A program made the translations under genes and the position numbers. A stretch of 64,000 bases of DNA from an uncultured Rhabdochlamydiaceae bacterium (GTDB lineage: Bacteria > Chlamydiota > Chlamydiia > Chlamydiales > Rhabdochlamydiaceae): NCBI GenBank assembly GCA_963712275.1, contig CAVQHD010000001.1, positions 1,664,001 through 1,728,000 on the forward strand. Reading direction: 5' to 3'. The notes beneath the pieces are model-generated. The model ran no database searches, was not told the DNA's origin, and saw nothing but the letters and a program-made list of their open reading frames with translations. Shown here piece after piece: positions 38,961 through 52,200 of the stretch. The first letter of the stretch is position 1, and every line of letters starts with the position of its first letter.

Positions 38961-39141
38961 AAGATCGGGCAAGGGAACGGGCACGGTAACGTTTACGAAA
39001 GAGGTTCCCTAAGCCATTTTTGTTAACTACGATAAAATCTTATCTTCATAGAATAGCAAACAAGCACCATTAATGGGGATAAAAAATTTGACTAACTTTT
39101 CTTTCGTGAACCTTACCGTGCCCGTTCCCCTACCCGATCTT
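38961..39141. repeat. Inverted-repeat element inside the cyo operon (cyoD-cyoE gap)
   Basis: 42-bp arms 38961-39002 / 39100-39141 (4 mismatches) with GGGAACGGGCACGG core, about 97-bp AT-rich spacer. Confidence 0.85.
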
Positions 39142-39153
39142 TTTTCCTCTCAT

Positions 39154-39465
39154 TTACATCATCTGATAGTTGAGGTGATACATAATCCAAAGCGAACCAA
39201 AAACAACCAGGAGAAGCACGAGCGCCATAAAGAGAAAAACAAGCAAGTTCCAGTGCGGTTTCCCTTCCTCTCCAAGGTGCAGAAATAAGAGCAGTTGGAT
39301 GATTGCCTGCACACACCCAAGCCCGGCAGCCGTGAGCACAAGAGGCCAGCCTGCGAGCAGTTGCTCTGAGACGATAAAATAAGCTGCTCCGGTTAACATC
39401 AGAGAAAGGATGAGCCCCAAAATATACGATTTAACAGTTCCATGTTCGGTAGAGCTAGAATGCAT
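39154..39465 (-). CDS. cyoD: Cytochrome bo3 ubiquinol oxidase subunit IV
   Basis: SYILGLILSL, QLLLFLHL, GSLWIMYHLN. Confidence 0.93.
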   Translation of the reverse strand: MHSSSTEHGTVKSYILGLILSLMLTGAAYFIVSEQLLAGWPLVLTAAGLGCVQAIIQLLLFLHLGEEGKPHWNLLVFLFMALVLLLVVFGSLWIMYHLNYQMM

Positions 39466-39466
39466 C

Positions 39467-40042
39467 TTAAGTCACCCCCATCAAATAGACAATCGTAAAT
39501 ATAAAAATCCAGACGACATCTAGAAAGTGCCAAAATAGCCTTAAACACATCAACCTTTTAAGCGAAACAGGAGTCAGCCCCTTTCGTATGACGGGAATCA
39601 AAAGAACAACCATCCAGAATAACCCTGCTAAAATATGAAGCCCATGTGTCCCAACGAGAGTAAAAAACGCCGACAAGAATGCGCTGTGTTCCCAACCATA
39701 CCCCTCTCGAACAAAACTGGCAAATTCACTCAGCTCCATGGTCAAAAAAGCGATTCCAAGTAAAAAAGTCGCCCCAAACCAAGCAAGCAGCTTGCCGCGG
39801 CTAATATTAATCATGGCAAGGCCCACAGTAAAGCTGCTCACTAACAGGATTAACGTCTCAGCGAGTGCGTACGGAAGGCTAAATAACTCTCTGCCAGAAG
39901 GTCCTCCGTTTGTGCCCTGATGAAGAACTGCATAGGTCGCAAAGAGTGTTGCAAATAAAATACAGTCGGTCATCAGATAGACCCAAAAACCAAATAGGGT
40001 CTTTGAGTCGTCATGGGAATGCGCTGGGGCAGATTCTATCAT
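39467..40042 (-). CDS. cyoC: Cytochrome bo3 ubiquinol oxidase subunit III
   Basis: [38 protein letters not shown]. Confidence 0.95.
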   Translation of the reverse strand: MIESAPAHSHDDSKTLFGFWVYLMTDCILFATLFATYAVLHQGTNGGPSGRELFSLPYALAETLILLVSSFTVGLAMINISRGKLLAWFGATFLLGIAFLTMELSEFASFVREGYGWEHSAFLSAFFTLVGTHGLHILAGLFWMVVLLIPVIRKGLTPVSLKRLMCLRLFWHFLDVVWIFIFTIVYLMGVT

Positions 40043-41997
40043 GGAGATATCCTATTCTCTATTGCTGCAACTTCTGCTGCGGATATCGTATATTCAGTCT
40101 CTTTTTCAGATAGACGGACGATCATGCAAACAGCGATACCAAGAAGAGAGGCGGCGGCAAGCCAAAACATATACCAGATCAACCCAAAACCCAAGGTAAA
40201 GCTGAAAGCTCCGATGAACATCCCGAGCGGAGTATTTTTAGGCATTTCAATCGGTTCATACTCCACCTTTTCCATCTCGGAGGATTTGGTCTGTTTCATC
40301 ACCCAAAAAGGGTCGCGCTCATGCACAAGTGGTAACAAGGCAAAATTATACAGAGGAGGAGGCGATGAAGTCGCCCACTCTAAAGTTCTTCCATTCCATG
40401 GATCGCCTGTTGTATCCCTATTCTGTTTCCTCTGCTTGATGCTCACAATCATTTGTAAGATTTGGAGCCCAATTCCACAACTAATCAACGCAACGCCGAT
40501 TGCAGCCACAACAAATAGAGGTTGCCAACCAAACGAGGGGTCATACCGATCAAGCCGTCTTGTCGCTCCCATTAAACCCAGTAGGTAGAGGGGCATAAAA
40601 GCAGCTAAAAAACCAATAAACCAGCACCAAAAGGCATATTGCCCCAGTTTTTCATTGAGTTTGAATCCAATAAACTTGGGGAACCAATAGGTGAACCCGG
40701 CAAAAAAACCAAACACAACGCCTCCAATGATCACAGAGTGAAAGTGGGCAATCAAAAACAAACTATTATGCACTTGAAAATCGACAGCTGGCAGGGACAT
40801 TAACACTCCATCCATCCCTCCAATCGTAAAAGCAATAATAAAGCCCGTAAACCAAAGCATCGGGGTTTTAAAATGAATCCGCCCCCCCACCTGCGTGAAG
40901 AGCCAGTTGAAAACCTTGACGCCCGTGGGAATCGCAATCAACATCGTCATGATCCCGAAAAAGGCGTTGACATTGGCACCGGCTCCCATCGTAAAAAAAT
41001 GGTGCAGCCAGACAACAAACGACAAAAAGGTAATCAAGATAATCGCCCAAACCATCGAGGCATAACCAAACAGCCGCTTGTGCGAGAATGTGGCAACCAC
41101 TTCGGAAAAGACCCCAAAAGCAGGCAAGACAAGAATATAAACTTCCGGATGCCCCCACGCCCAAATTAGGTTGACATACATCATCGGATTGCCGCCAAAA
41201 TCAGACGTAAAAAAATGCATGCCAAGGAGACGATCCAAAGAGAGCATCCCAATTGTTGCAGTTAAGATTGGAAATGCAAAAATGATGAGGACCATCGTCG
41301 CTAAAGCACACCAAATAAAGATCGGCATTTTCATCCACGTCATCCCAGGGCAGCGCATTTTAAAAATCGTGACAAGAAAGTTAATTCCACCTAGCAAACT
41401 TCCAATTCCTGCAATCTGCACGCTCCAGATCCAATAATCGACCCCTACCCCTGGATTATATTTCAGACCCGAAAGAGGAGGATAGGCAACCCACCCCGTC
41501 GCAGAGAACTCCCCAATCACAAGTGAGATAATGACAAGCAGCCCTCCAGAGGCAAACAAATAGAACGCAATGGAGTTGAGGAACGGAAAAGCAACATCGC
41601 GAGCACCGATTTGAAGAGGGACGATTAAATTCATAAGGCCAAAGATCATCCCCATTCCAACAAAGAAGATCATCGTCGTGCCATGCGCCGTGAAAACCTG
41701 TTGAAAATGGGAAGGGGCTAGAAAACCTTCAGCGCTCCCCGTCGCTGTCATCTGTTGCAGCCGGATCATGGCTGCGTCTGTCACACCCTTGAGCAGCATC
41801 AGCATAGAAACGGCGATGTACATCATCCCAATTTTTTTAGGATCCAAGGAGGTGAGCCACTCATCCCAAAGCCACTTCCAACGTTTATGGTAAAATAAAA
41901 GAGCTATCACGGCAAGGACGCCGATACCCATCATGGCTCCTGCCATGTGCTCAATAAAATCTTGTCTGAAAGCATCGAGAGTTAATCGTCCAAACAT
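40039..41997 (-). CDS. cyoB: Cytochrome bo3 ubiquinol oxidase subunit I
   Basis: [20 protein letters not shown] heme-copper ligands. Confidence 0.97.
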   Translation of the reverse strand: MFGRLTLDAFRQDFIEHMAGAMMGIGVLAVIALLFYHKRWKWLWDEWLTSLDPKKIGMMYIAVSMLMLLKGVTDAAMIRLQQMTATGSAEGFLAPSHFQQVFTAHGTTMIFFVGMGMIFGLMNLIVPLQIGARDVAFPFLNSIAFYLFASGGLLVIISLVIGEFSATGWVAYPPLSGLKYNPGVGVDYWIWSVQIAGIGSLLGGINFLVTIFKMRCPGMTWMKMPIFIWCALATMVLIIFAFPILTATIGMLSLDRLLGMHFFTSDFGGNPMMYVNLIWAWGHPEVYILVLPAFGVFSEVVATFSHKRLFGYASMVWAIILITFLSFVVWLHHFFTMGAGANVNAFFGIMTMLIAIPTGVKVFNWLFTQVGGRIHFKTPMLWFTGFIIAFTIGGMDGVLMSLPAVDFQVHNSLFLIAHFHSVIIGGVVFGFFAGFTYWFPKFIGFKLNEKLGQYAFWCWFIGFLAAFMPLYLLGLMGATRRLDRYDPSFGWQPLFVVAAIGVALISCGIGLQILQMIVSIKQRKQNRDTTGDPWNGRTLEWATSSPPPLYNFALLPLVHERDPFWVMKQTKSSEMEKVEYEPIEMPKNTPLGMFIGAFSFTLGFGLIWYMFWLAAASLLGIAVCMIVRLSEKETEYTISAAEVAAIENRISP

Positions 41998-41998
41998 A

Positions 41999-42862
41999 CT
42001 ACTCCATCGGGACTCTATATTTCATTACAACCTCATCAAAAAGATCGTCTTGCATTAGCCTATAGGTTGCTACCGCATGATTTACGCTTGGCTCAGCTAG
42101 CTGATGATACTTAGCCATGTTAAGACCCTCTGATCCTTGCTTGATCGATTGAACCCATTCATCAAAATCAGCTTTACAGCACGCTTTGGCAACAAATCGC
42201 ATCCCCGCAAATCCCTCTCCGCTTAAATTCGCCGATGAACCGTTAAATAACCCCTCTTCATTTGCAATGAGATGGAGCTTTGATCTCATTCCTGGCATCG
42301 CATAAATTTGCCCTCCGAGCTGTGGAATCCAAAATGAATTCATGGGAGCATCTGCCGTGATCTCAAAATTGATAGGAATCTCATGAGGAAATTGCACCAA
42401 GTTCACCGATGCAATCCCGTGCTCCGGATAGATAAAGAGCCACTTCCAATTCAACGCGACAACCTGGATGCGAATCGGTTTTGCCGCCGCATCAAGAGGT
42501 CTAAATGGATCGAGCTCATGGCTGGTATTCCAAGCTTTAATCCCAAGAATAAGCACAATTACACAAGGGATAAACCACCATGTGAATTCAAGTCCCGCGT
42601 GAAAATCTCTGTCCGGCGTATATTTTGCCTTCGTATTACTGGCTCTATATTTCCAAGCAATGAAAAAGGTCAGGAGAAAAACCGGAACGACCACGATTAA
42701 CATCAGCAAAGTCGCCGTCACAATTAAGTCGCGCTCTTTTTCCGCGATCATTCCTTTCGGATCGAGGACAGCGATGTTGTTGCCACGTAGAAAAAGAACG
42801 AGCAGCGCGATTGCCCCAATAAAAAGGAGGATTAAAAAGATACCTATACACTTTTTTTTCAA
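41999..42862 (-). CDS. cyoA: Cytochrome bo3 ubiquinol oxidase subunit II
   Basis: [33 protein letters not shown]; no CuA ligands; probable TTG start after GAAGGAG. Confidence 0.93.
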   Translation of the reverse strand: MKKKCIGIFLILLFIGAIALLVLFLRGNNIAVLDPKGMIAEKERDLIVTATLLMLIVVVPVFLLTFFIAWKYRASNTKAKYTPDRDFHAGLEFTWWFIPCVIVLILGIKAWNTSHELDPFRPLDAAAKPIRIQVVALNWKWLFIYPEHGIASVNLVQFPHEIPINFEITADAPMNSFWIPQLGGQIYAMPGMRSKLHLIANEEGLFNGSSANLSGEGFAGMRFVAKACCKADFDEWVQSIKQGSEGLNMAKYHQLAEPSVNHAVATYRLMQDDLFDEVVMKYRVPME

Positions 42863-42982
42863 CTTTTCTCCTTCTCTATTGAGAAATCGCTTCAAGGATA
42901 TCTTTTACATAAAATTGTTTCTATTGTCTAGTGTTTAGTTGAGCCATTCAGGGCAGAGGAAACTAGAGCCAATATTTAAACC

Positions 42983-43130
42983 CTCTGCTCACTCGCGCTT
43001 ATTTCCATTTCTTCACCACAGAGACACAGAGAGAGATGAGATTGCACAGAGAAAAATTTTTCTCTGTGCAATCTCATCTCTCTCTGTGTCTCTGTGGTGA
43101 AGAAATGGAAATAAGCGCGAGTGAGCAGAG
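42983..43130. repeat. 148-bp perfect, loop-less palindrome (CACAGAG-type core)
   Basis: 74-bp arms exact reverse complements around AAAAA|TTTTT at 43056/43057. Confidence 0.92.
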
Positions 43131-43258
43131 ATTTCCAAGGAATTTGTAAAACATTTTTTTAAACCTTCAAATATTCAATAAAAAAGTTCAATTTGAAAAA
43201 TAATTGATGTTTTAAAACACCTTTATATACTAAAATAGATGGCTCAGGAATAGCTTTT

Positions 43259-46200
43259 ATGAGTATTAAACTTACTTCTTCTAAACAAGCCTCCCTTCTT
43301 AATTGGACCGAACACCCCCCCAAAACGTCTCAATCTAATTCCCCTGCCTTCCCATTCAAGTTATCCCCCTTTCCAAACCTAGAAGAGCAGCTCGATCAGT
43401 CAAAGGAACCTCAGGCGGAAATGGTTCTTAGGGTTGCAGCCAACTTGCTCACAGGCGGGTTAGGAACAGGAGGCAAAGATCCTCTTGATGGAATGCAACC
43501 TATCCAAAACTTTCTGACGTGGGAATGGGTCCTTAACCAGCTCCTAAACAATAATTTTCCTATCAACCGAGATACGCTTAAGAAGCTTTTGTCAGATGTT
43601 CAATCTCTTTTGAACCAGTGCGCTGATCAAAAAAAACTTTTTAATGCATTCTCGGAAGCTGAATTCCTAGAGATGGTGAAGCGGCAGACTCAGACAATGA
43701 AAAATTTAGGGGTGGGGGAATCTTACTCCTTTTATGGAGGATGGGGAAACATTGGGGGAGGCTCAGGACATGCCTTGATGTACGAAGTCAAACGTAGCTC
43801 GGCTGGCTTCTTTGATTTTCGTCTTTATACATCGACAGATTGTCAATTGGCAGATAACCTGTTTTATGGAGATAAACGTCTCTTACTCCCTGTGGTCTGT
43901 TGGGATCAAATTCCCAAAGAGTATCTCTTCGCATCGACAGGGCCGGACGAGCCACCGGTTTTTTTTCAGCAGCTTTTTGAAATGGATTGGTCTATCAGTC
44001 GGTACGACAAAAATGCGATTGTCAATGAAGACGATATTTTAGAGACCCTCGATTACTTAGAGCCTTTCTTACGAAAAACCACTCTGGAAGATTTTGGCGC
44101 TAAGACAGGTCAAAAAGGAGGAACGTGCCTTCCCTCTAGCACAAAAACATGGGCCAGTTACCATTTTAGTTCTTTAAAAGAGAATAAAATATTCGGACTC
44201 TACTTTGATCTTATCTTAACTATAGGTATTTACGAGCAGTTAGAACCTCATCTAAAGGAAGGGGGCAGCAAGGCAGAGAGGCAACGAACAACATTTATTT
44301 ATGCCGCTCAAGCAGTCGTCGGGGCTATCGATAAGTTAGTCAGAACACAAAAAGAAGCCCTCCCAGAAGATTTAGCCTTTAAAGCGACAAAGCAGCTCCA
44401 TGAATGGATCGATAAAGTCGAAAAGATCTCCAGAGACCTTGAAACTCAAAGAAAGCAAGAGAGGCTTCCCGTTAATGTAAAGACCCAAGAGATCAAGCCT
44501 CAGCAAAACCAACGGACGAAAGATCGGTATTGGATCACCCAAAGTCAATGTTCTGACAATTGCGCTCCCCACCCAAGCTCCTTCCCTACATATTTAACTC
44601 TAAAAGAATCAGAGTATCTCTCTTTTCTGGAAGATGTTTGTAAGACTTATGAACAAAAGAGGCTGGAGGATAAGAAATCCTTTTATAAACAAGCCGCAAA
44701 TCTCTCTCTTCATCATGCAATTGACGCGCTTCCCCTTCCACCTATAGGCCAAACATCTCCCTGGAAAGACTTAGGAATTGACACCCTACTCAAGTGTTGT
44801 GCTATTCTGCGTGCCCTCGGGACCTCCTATCTTAAGCATACTATCCAGGAAGATCTTCCCCCTCGACGTTTTGCCACGTTATTTGCAATGTATGCCATTA
44901 TCCATCACCTTGCCTGTTTAATTAATCAAAAAAAGGGAAGTTTTGGAGAAGGCCTTCTTTCCTCTTATTCAGTTCCTTTCCCCGCAGATAAACTCAACCA
45001 AATTGACGCCTTAACATTCCATGACGTTCAAGAGTTTGAGCGGATTGAGCAAGCGAAGAAATATTTTAATACAATTAAGGGGAAAAAACTTCTTTTCCAA
45101 TCTGAAACTGACACAGAAGTGGTGAAAAATAGTATTCATGAATCTCGCCACAATGCAGCTTTATGGGAAGGGCTGATACGGTCCAATGAACAGTTTCGGA
45201 CAGAGGTCAATGAAGCAGCAAACAAGCGTTTCCCTGATTATTCTGAAGAATTTATCGAAGAAGACTTTAAAAGCCAACAGGACAAGCTCGAGCAATGGTA
45301 TCAGCAAGAGAAAGCCTATCAAAATAAAAATGATAAGGCGATCTTTTGGTCACTACCCAAAAAACCTCCCAATGCCCAAAAGCTTCAAAATCTTCCCCTC
45401 CTTACAAAGCAAATGCTGGTATTAGAAGAGTTTGATTCTGATGAAAACCCCATGGGCAACTCTCTACTTGCTAAAAGCCACCAGGAAATCAATGAAGTGC
45501 GCCTCTTTGCCCTTCTGGTGCAACAGGCTATCTTGTCTCCTTCAAACTTTTCCACCGATTTAAAGCGAACAGCTGAGAGAGATCCCAACCACTATGAAAT
45601 GAAATGCTCGGTTTATTCTGATATACATCGAGATTATTTTCATGTTGACGCTTGGAATTGGTTTATTCATCAAAAGCAGTATCTTCCCGTCCATTCTCAT
45701 GGAAAATTTCTCGAGCTTCCTCAGACAAAGAGAGATCGAGATCAGTGGAAAAGAACGACAGCGGAGGCAGAAGCACTCGATCAAAAAAATCTCTCCCCCC
45801 TTCTCTATCAATCGATCCGAACACTCTCCGAATGGAAGCTGACTCCCCATCAACTTTTACTCGAGTGGGGAAAGGATTTCGAACACCTCAAAGATCCTGA
45901 GCTTCAAGGTCTTTTTTTGCGTCTTTTTTTTCGCTCTCCTGTCTACAAGGGAAAAGTTCGTTTAGGAGCTGGAGAGCTTTTCAAAGACTCTGACCTTCTT
46001 GAAAACGTCAAAGCCTTTGTCTCTCAGGGACTCTCCTACTTTATGCAGCTGAAGAAAAAAGAGGGAGCTAAATATAACATTCATGACATGGAAGGGGTGA
46101 AGTTTTTGTTCGAACTTACCTTCTTATGCCAAAAATACCTTGTCGAACAGCGTCAAAATGAGCAAGCTAAACAGATTGATTTCAGTGAAAAGCTCGATGA

Positions 46201-49200
46201 GTGGATTCAAGATAACACGATTTCCAGAACACCCCGCTCTCTCCTCAGGCTCTATCGCCTCTTAAGCTATTCGATCACAACCCCTATCGAACAACTGACG
46301 ACCGAAAATCTTAAGCAAATTTTTGTCGATTGGACCGTAATCCACCTCTATTCTGATGGGTATCGACCTAGTCAAATCTCTCCGCTTGTTTTCCGTCTTG
46401 CGGATGATTTTATTGCAAAAATCCTAGAAAAACGTCGTGAAACGTTTAATCAAAGCCCTCAGGTATTCTGTCAACCTATCCTCTTAGAAGTCGAGAAGAG
46501 AGAAGAGCAGCTCAAGTGGTCCTTAGATCCGGCAGCTTCCCTGATTTTTATAGGAACAACCCAAACGAATGAAAAGTATCAGATTGATTTGAGACGAGGC
46601 GAGGTCTTTACCCCAACAGGCAAAGCAAGTCGGACCATTTTAAGCCGCTCCTGGGAAGACGATCCCGATTTTAAACGGGTTTTTTGGGAGCCTCATCGCT
46701 TTGAATATACCATGGGAGGGCAGGGAGCTGTCACTTTCACTCATCCCCGCGGGGGCTTTTTTCGTATCCTTCTTAAAGGGTACCATCAAAAAAACATGAT
46801 TCAAAGACTATGGGGAGGAGAGTGGTATCAATACATTCCACCTGACCAGATCAAAAAAGAGACGCTCGGGCTTTCGGTCGGATTTGCCAAAGATCATCTC
46901 TTATGGGGCCAAGTGAAGGTCGATAAAGTGGAAGAGGTGCAAGTGTCAAAAGCCTCTCGAGGAGATGGGGATCATTCGGACGGAACATCCCAAATGTTTT
47001 TTAAAACTTTAACCGGGCAAACCATCTCACTTGAGATAGATTTTACTAAATCCCTACAAGACCATGTTGACCAATTTGCGGAAAAAATTGCGGAAAAAAT
47101 GCCAGATGTCAGATACGTGCGACTTATATTTGCTGGAACGGCCTTGAACCCTAACGAAACATTGAATGCGTTAGGACTTAAATATGGAAGCACATGCCAT
47201 CTGGTAGCTGCTGGTAAAAACTCTGGCGATAACATCCTTGACTTGAGACCCCCTCTTTCTAAAAAAGAAGGAAGCTCGCCTCCTCCTATCAACCTCCATC
47301 CTTTCAAAGGAATCATCACCTCTTTAGCAACGGGGAAGGCTGTATGGGCAATCGATGCGAAAGAGGGGCAAGTTTTTGAGGTCTCCGAAGAAGGCGACTT
47401 TGTAAAGAAGGTCACTTCTGATACTTCTATACACTATTTAGACTCCACTGATCATGGGCTGAATAGCTTCGAGGATCCCGATTATATTTTAACCATGACA
47501 AACTCGAAAGGAAAGATCGAGCAAGTCCATTTTCCCAGATTCCGCTCTCTCGATGGCAACCCGCTGTTTTTTATTAGAAAAAAAGGAACTGTCTTGGTGT
47601 GGAATGATAATCAGCAGTACTGTTTGAAGGCAGTTCCCAAGGCCCTTTTTCAATTTCCTATTAAATCTCTTTATTTAGAACGGGAAACGGGAACTAAAAA
47701 AGAGCCCGGAATTCTCTTGATTCCTTTTAGCCGTTTCCATCCTCAAAAGGATCAGGTTCACCCTATAGAAGAGTGGGAATCGATTCCCTATTTTGAATAT
47801 CAAACTCAAGAAGATCTCATTATCCCTCAGTCCCTAGAAGGAAGATTCTACCTTGCTTATCTCTATTTTCAAGACCAAAAGTATGACCGCGCCATCGAAC
47901 AGATCACCCTCATCGATCCTATCGAAACCATTTCACCCTTGGGTTTTGTCCTCCTTGACCGCATTCGAAAGGTCCCCCCTCCCATTGATCACCCTGACGC
48001 TGCGATGGTCTCTTTGCAGGCAGCGCTCCAGCTGGTCAAAGGGCGTGATCGGCAAAGCGATGAGTCCGTTACCACTTACTTTGGCCTGGAACGGGAGGAT
48101 ATCCAGGCTCTTCATAACTTAATTGTGCTTGCTCATCAATCTTTACAATCTGCGCGTCATATCTCTGAAGGGTGCCGTATCTCTGACTCAGAGAAAAGAA
48201 TGTTATTCCAAAAGTTGATTGATGAAGCTGCAGCTAAATGCGATTCTTTTCAAAGGTCCGGGATTAACTACCCAGCCGCTCTTATTGAGCATCTAGGCTA
48301 TTGGCTTGGCAGAGCTTCTAAGCATGAGATGGCATCAAAAGGGAATAGAAGAATTCCAGAAAATAGAAACAATGAACCTATTAACCCCCTTTCTTTTTCC
48401 CTTCCTAGTCAACCCATGTTAAAAAACGATGAAAAAGAACAAGCCCATTACGAAACCGATTGCCGGCAAGCAACCCTTTGGCTCGCAAGCGGAACCGTTC
48501 CTTTTCTAGTCAACCGATGGCCCGTCGAGGGTTCAGGAAGAGCTAAAGAGAATGGAAAGCTACTGAGCAAGGTGTTAGAGATCGCAAAACAAGGAACTCC
48601 TGCAACGCGGCTTGCGATGCTCTGGAAAGTGCGAAACTGGCGCCTTCACTGGAAAGGAGACAAGGAAGATCTCGCTAGCTTTGATCTCATGATTCAAATC
48701 CTACTTACCTCCCCTCGACTTAGACTTACAAAGGATATTTCTGAATCTTCCACCGGTCCAGAAAAAGTTGAGTTCCTCAAAGAGATAAATCGCCAAATCC
48801 CCCGCCATAAAGTGAATTTTCAAGAAACCATTGCCAATCATTTAAATCAGCACAAAACCTCTTCCCGCCAAAAGCAGGGAACGTACCAGCTTCCTCCCCT
48901 TTTCAACTCAAAAGAACCCTCGCTAGACGATTTTGGTCCCAGCCCCGACCCTCTTCTAAACGAGGTGAAAGGAAACTACGACAAGCACCGTCTAGAGACG
49001 CTTAAAAATTGGCGTGAAGACTTCTTTACTCCTCTCGAAGCCCGGGAAAAATCCCCTCCTATCCAGACCCGCTTTTCTTTGAAACCAGGGCTATTATCCA
49101 AACAAGATAAGGTTTACCAAGAGATTGTTCAAAAAGATTTAGATATTCTTACAGAAGATTTCAATGAAGGAAGCAAACAACTGCAAAACCAAAAAGAAAT

Positions 49201-52200
49201 CACCCTTAATAATAACACAAAAGAACTCCTTCAAGCGATCGATCAAGAACAAGAGACTTTCTCAAAAGTTTTAGAAGAAAAAGAAAGAGAAGCCAAAGAA
49301 ATCCTGAACCAGCTTTCGTTTTCATTTGAAGAGTTTTTTCATCGCATTGCTCAAACAATCACGGGAACGAAAAAAAGTATTAGCCTAGACAAAGCAAGAG
49401 AAGCGTTGCTGACCTTTGACAAGAGGGCCTTTAAAGTATTAAATCCAGGCTTAAAAGATCAAGAAATTACAACTATCGCCCAGCTTCTCCTAGATATCGA
49501 AGATTTAAAATCGTGGAAGCTTCAGCTCCAGCGAATGAAAGACCTCGTTACTCAAGGAAGCAAGATCGCAGACCCTCAAGATGTGACCAAAAGAGATGTC
49601 TGTCGCAGGTTGCTCCAAGAACTAGAAGCTGGCTACCATTTTAATACTCTTGACCCTGAAATGCAGGTCGTTTTCCGAATTTTTTGTGGAGAAACGGATC
49701 TCATTCCATTTAAAAAGCAGGTTGATTTAATCACCGAGATGTTAAAACCATGCAAGAAAGACCCCTCTCGGCTCAAAGACTGCGTTGGCCAGCTCATTAT
49801 GGGATCGGGGAAAACCGCTGTCATTGCAGCATTACTCATGCAGTTTCTTGCCCGCCAGAAGGGGAAAATTGCCTTTTTTATTGTTCCTGCCCCTCTCTTT
49901 AAAAGTGTCAGCAATAACCTCACCGAGTCGCTCAAAAAGAGTTTTAATCAACAGCTAGAACCCCTTCATGTCAAAAGAAATGACCTGACCCTTTACCGAT
50001 TAAAGGAGATTGAAAAGCTCCTGGATCGAGCAAAAGAGAACCCCATTGCGATGATTACAACCCCCTCTTCTCTTCAAGTTTTGGAACTCGAATTTTTGAG
50101 TCAAATCCGTAAACTCAAAGACCACATCATCGAACTCAATAACAGCTCCTCTGAACTTGAAAAAATTTCTGAACAGAATAGAAGAGCTTTACTCAAAAGT
50201 CAAATTAACAACCTCTCTAAACTGATCCAAGAACGGCTAGAAAAAATTCGCCACCTTGCAAGGATTGTTAGAACTGTCACAGAACATGGACAAGCGCTAA
50301 TCGATGAAATCGACCTCATCTTGGATGCTCTCCTAGAGGTTAATTTCCCTGATGGAACAAAAATTCCCATTCTCGCTGAGCGTAATCATCTTGTCTATAC
50401 GATCTTCTCTCTCTGTATGCAAGAGGACTTAAGAGTGAACACACTACCGGGAAAGCCGCTCCTTCAAGATGTCCTCCATTTAAGACCCAATTTGGGAACT
50501 TCGGAAGAGGTAGAAGACAAACATGTCTTTCAAGACCGTTATCGGCAAGCCGCTTCTGTTTTAGCCTCCCAACTTATACTCTCTTTTGCCCCTTTCCAAA
50601 CTCTCCCAAAGGAGCTTCAACCTTCCCTCTACCGTTTTTTAATGAATGAAATTCCTTTCTGGGTTCAAGAATTTTCCGACGAAAAAAACTTCCAATTTTG
50701 TGAAAATGATTTAACTCAAAAAGATCCCGACTGGGAAAAATTTGGAACAATTCTACAGCTCAAAAATGACGCTCACTTTTTGAGCCTTCTGAATGACCAA
50801 TTCAATTCAAACAACAATAAAGAAGTACAATTTGCTAAGCTTGTGGCGCTTGCCACACACCTTCTCAACGATATTCTTCCTGTAACTTTATGCAAAAATG
50901 GGAACCGTCATTATGGACCTGTTCCTTTAGATCCGCATGGAAAAATGTGCCCTTATGAAGGGGTTGACGCCCCTGTCATCGATCGGGAGTTTGGTTATGT
51001 TTGGGAAGAGCTCTGCTATTATTACCAGTGGGCCTGCTTGTCAGCTCCAGAAGAGGCGGTCATTCTTGAGCTCGCCCGTTTAGCTACAGAAGCCGCTCAT
51101 TATTACATGAAGAAAAACGGAGAACTATTCGACCAAACAGCCGAATATCAACAATTTAAAACACTCACAGGTGTTTCGCTGCAAGATTTTCAAGATCCAG
51201 GATCAACCGTTTGTAAAGAGGGGGTTCAAAAAGCAAAAGCAACCCTCCAAAACGACCCCAAAAAGCGGCTCCTCCTACAAAAAGAGCTGGCTGCCCACCA
51301 AGTCAAAGTGCATGCACTCCACCTGAGCAGTAACGGCGCCTCCTTTTCCCGCAGATTCCGTTCTAGGGATGGAATGTCGGCAACTCTAACGTGGAACGTG
51401 GAAGGGTATCGTCAAAGTCTTGCTGAAAATGTGATTCTTGACAAAGGGACCGAAGGAAAAGTCCTAGCAACCCTCTCGAAAAAAGTTACGCCGGAACAGA
51501 TTCATAAAGTCCCCTTTACTTCTAACATCAGCACAACTCTTACCGAAATCCTTAAAAACTCTCCTCATACGAAAGAAATGCGGGGATTCATTGATGCAGA
51601 AGGCATACTCAAAATCTACCCTAATATCCGAGTTGTCGCTGAGCAAGTCCTCGCTTTCTTAAAAAGTGAGCAGGAGAAGGGTCGGATAGCTCCAGAGATT
51701 GATACAGTTCTTTTCTTTTCTAAAGAGGGGAAGGAGACACAAGCCAATACGCTTTATATGTGGAAAATGGGAATGCAATCCCCGGAAAAAATCGGGGGCA
51801 CAACCCTAAAAGCTTTCAAAGCAAAAGGGCTGGATCCTCGCACATATTTTGTCATTTACGATGAAATGCATACAACGGGGACAGATATTGTCCAGGTTCC
51901 TAACGCCGTAAATCTTTTTTCTTTTGGCCCTAGTATGCTTCTTCGAAGATTCCCTCAAGGAAGCATGCGTCTACGGCAACTTTTATTTTCACAGAATGTC
52001 GAAATCGTGATTGATAAAGCAATACTTCCTGAAATCTACAATCAGGGACAAACCATTGATGACTTGATGCTCCAAGCTGCCAAAAATCAATCGATCCGAA
52101 AAATCGGGGACATGCCCCGTTATTGCAAGGCGCAAATCAACGAACCCTTCAGGTTTGATGTTGTAGAAAGACTCCTAGACTTTTTTATCAATAACTCTTG

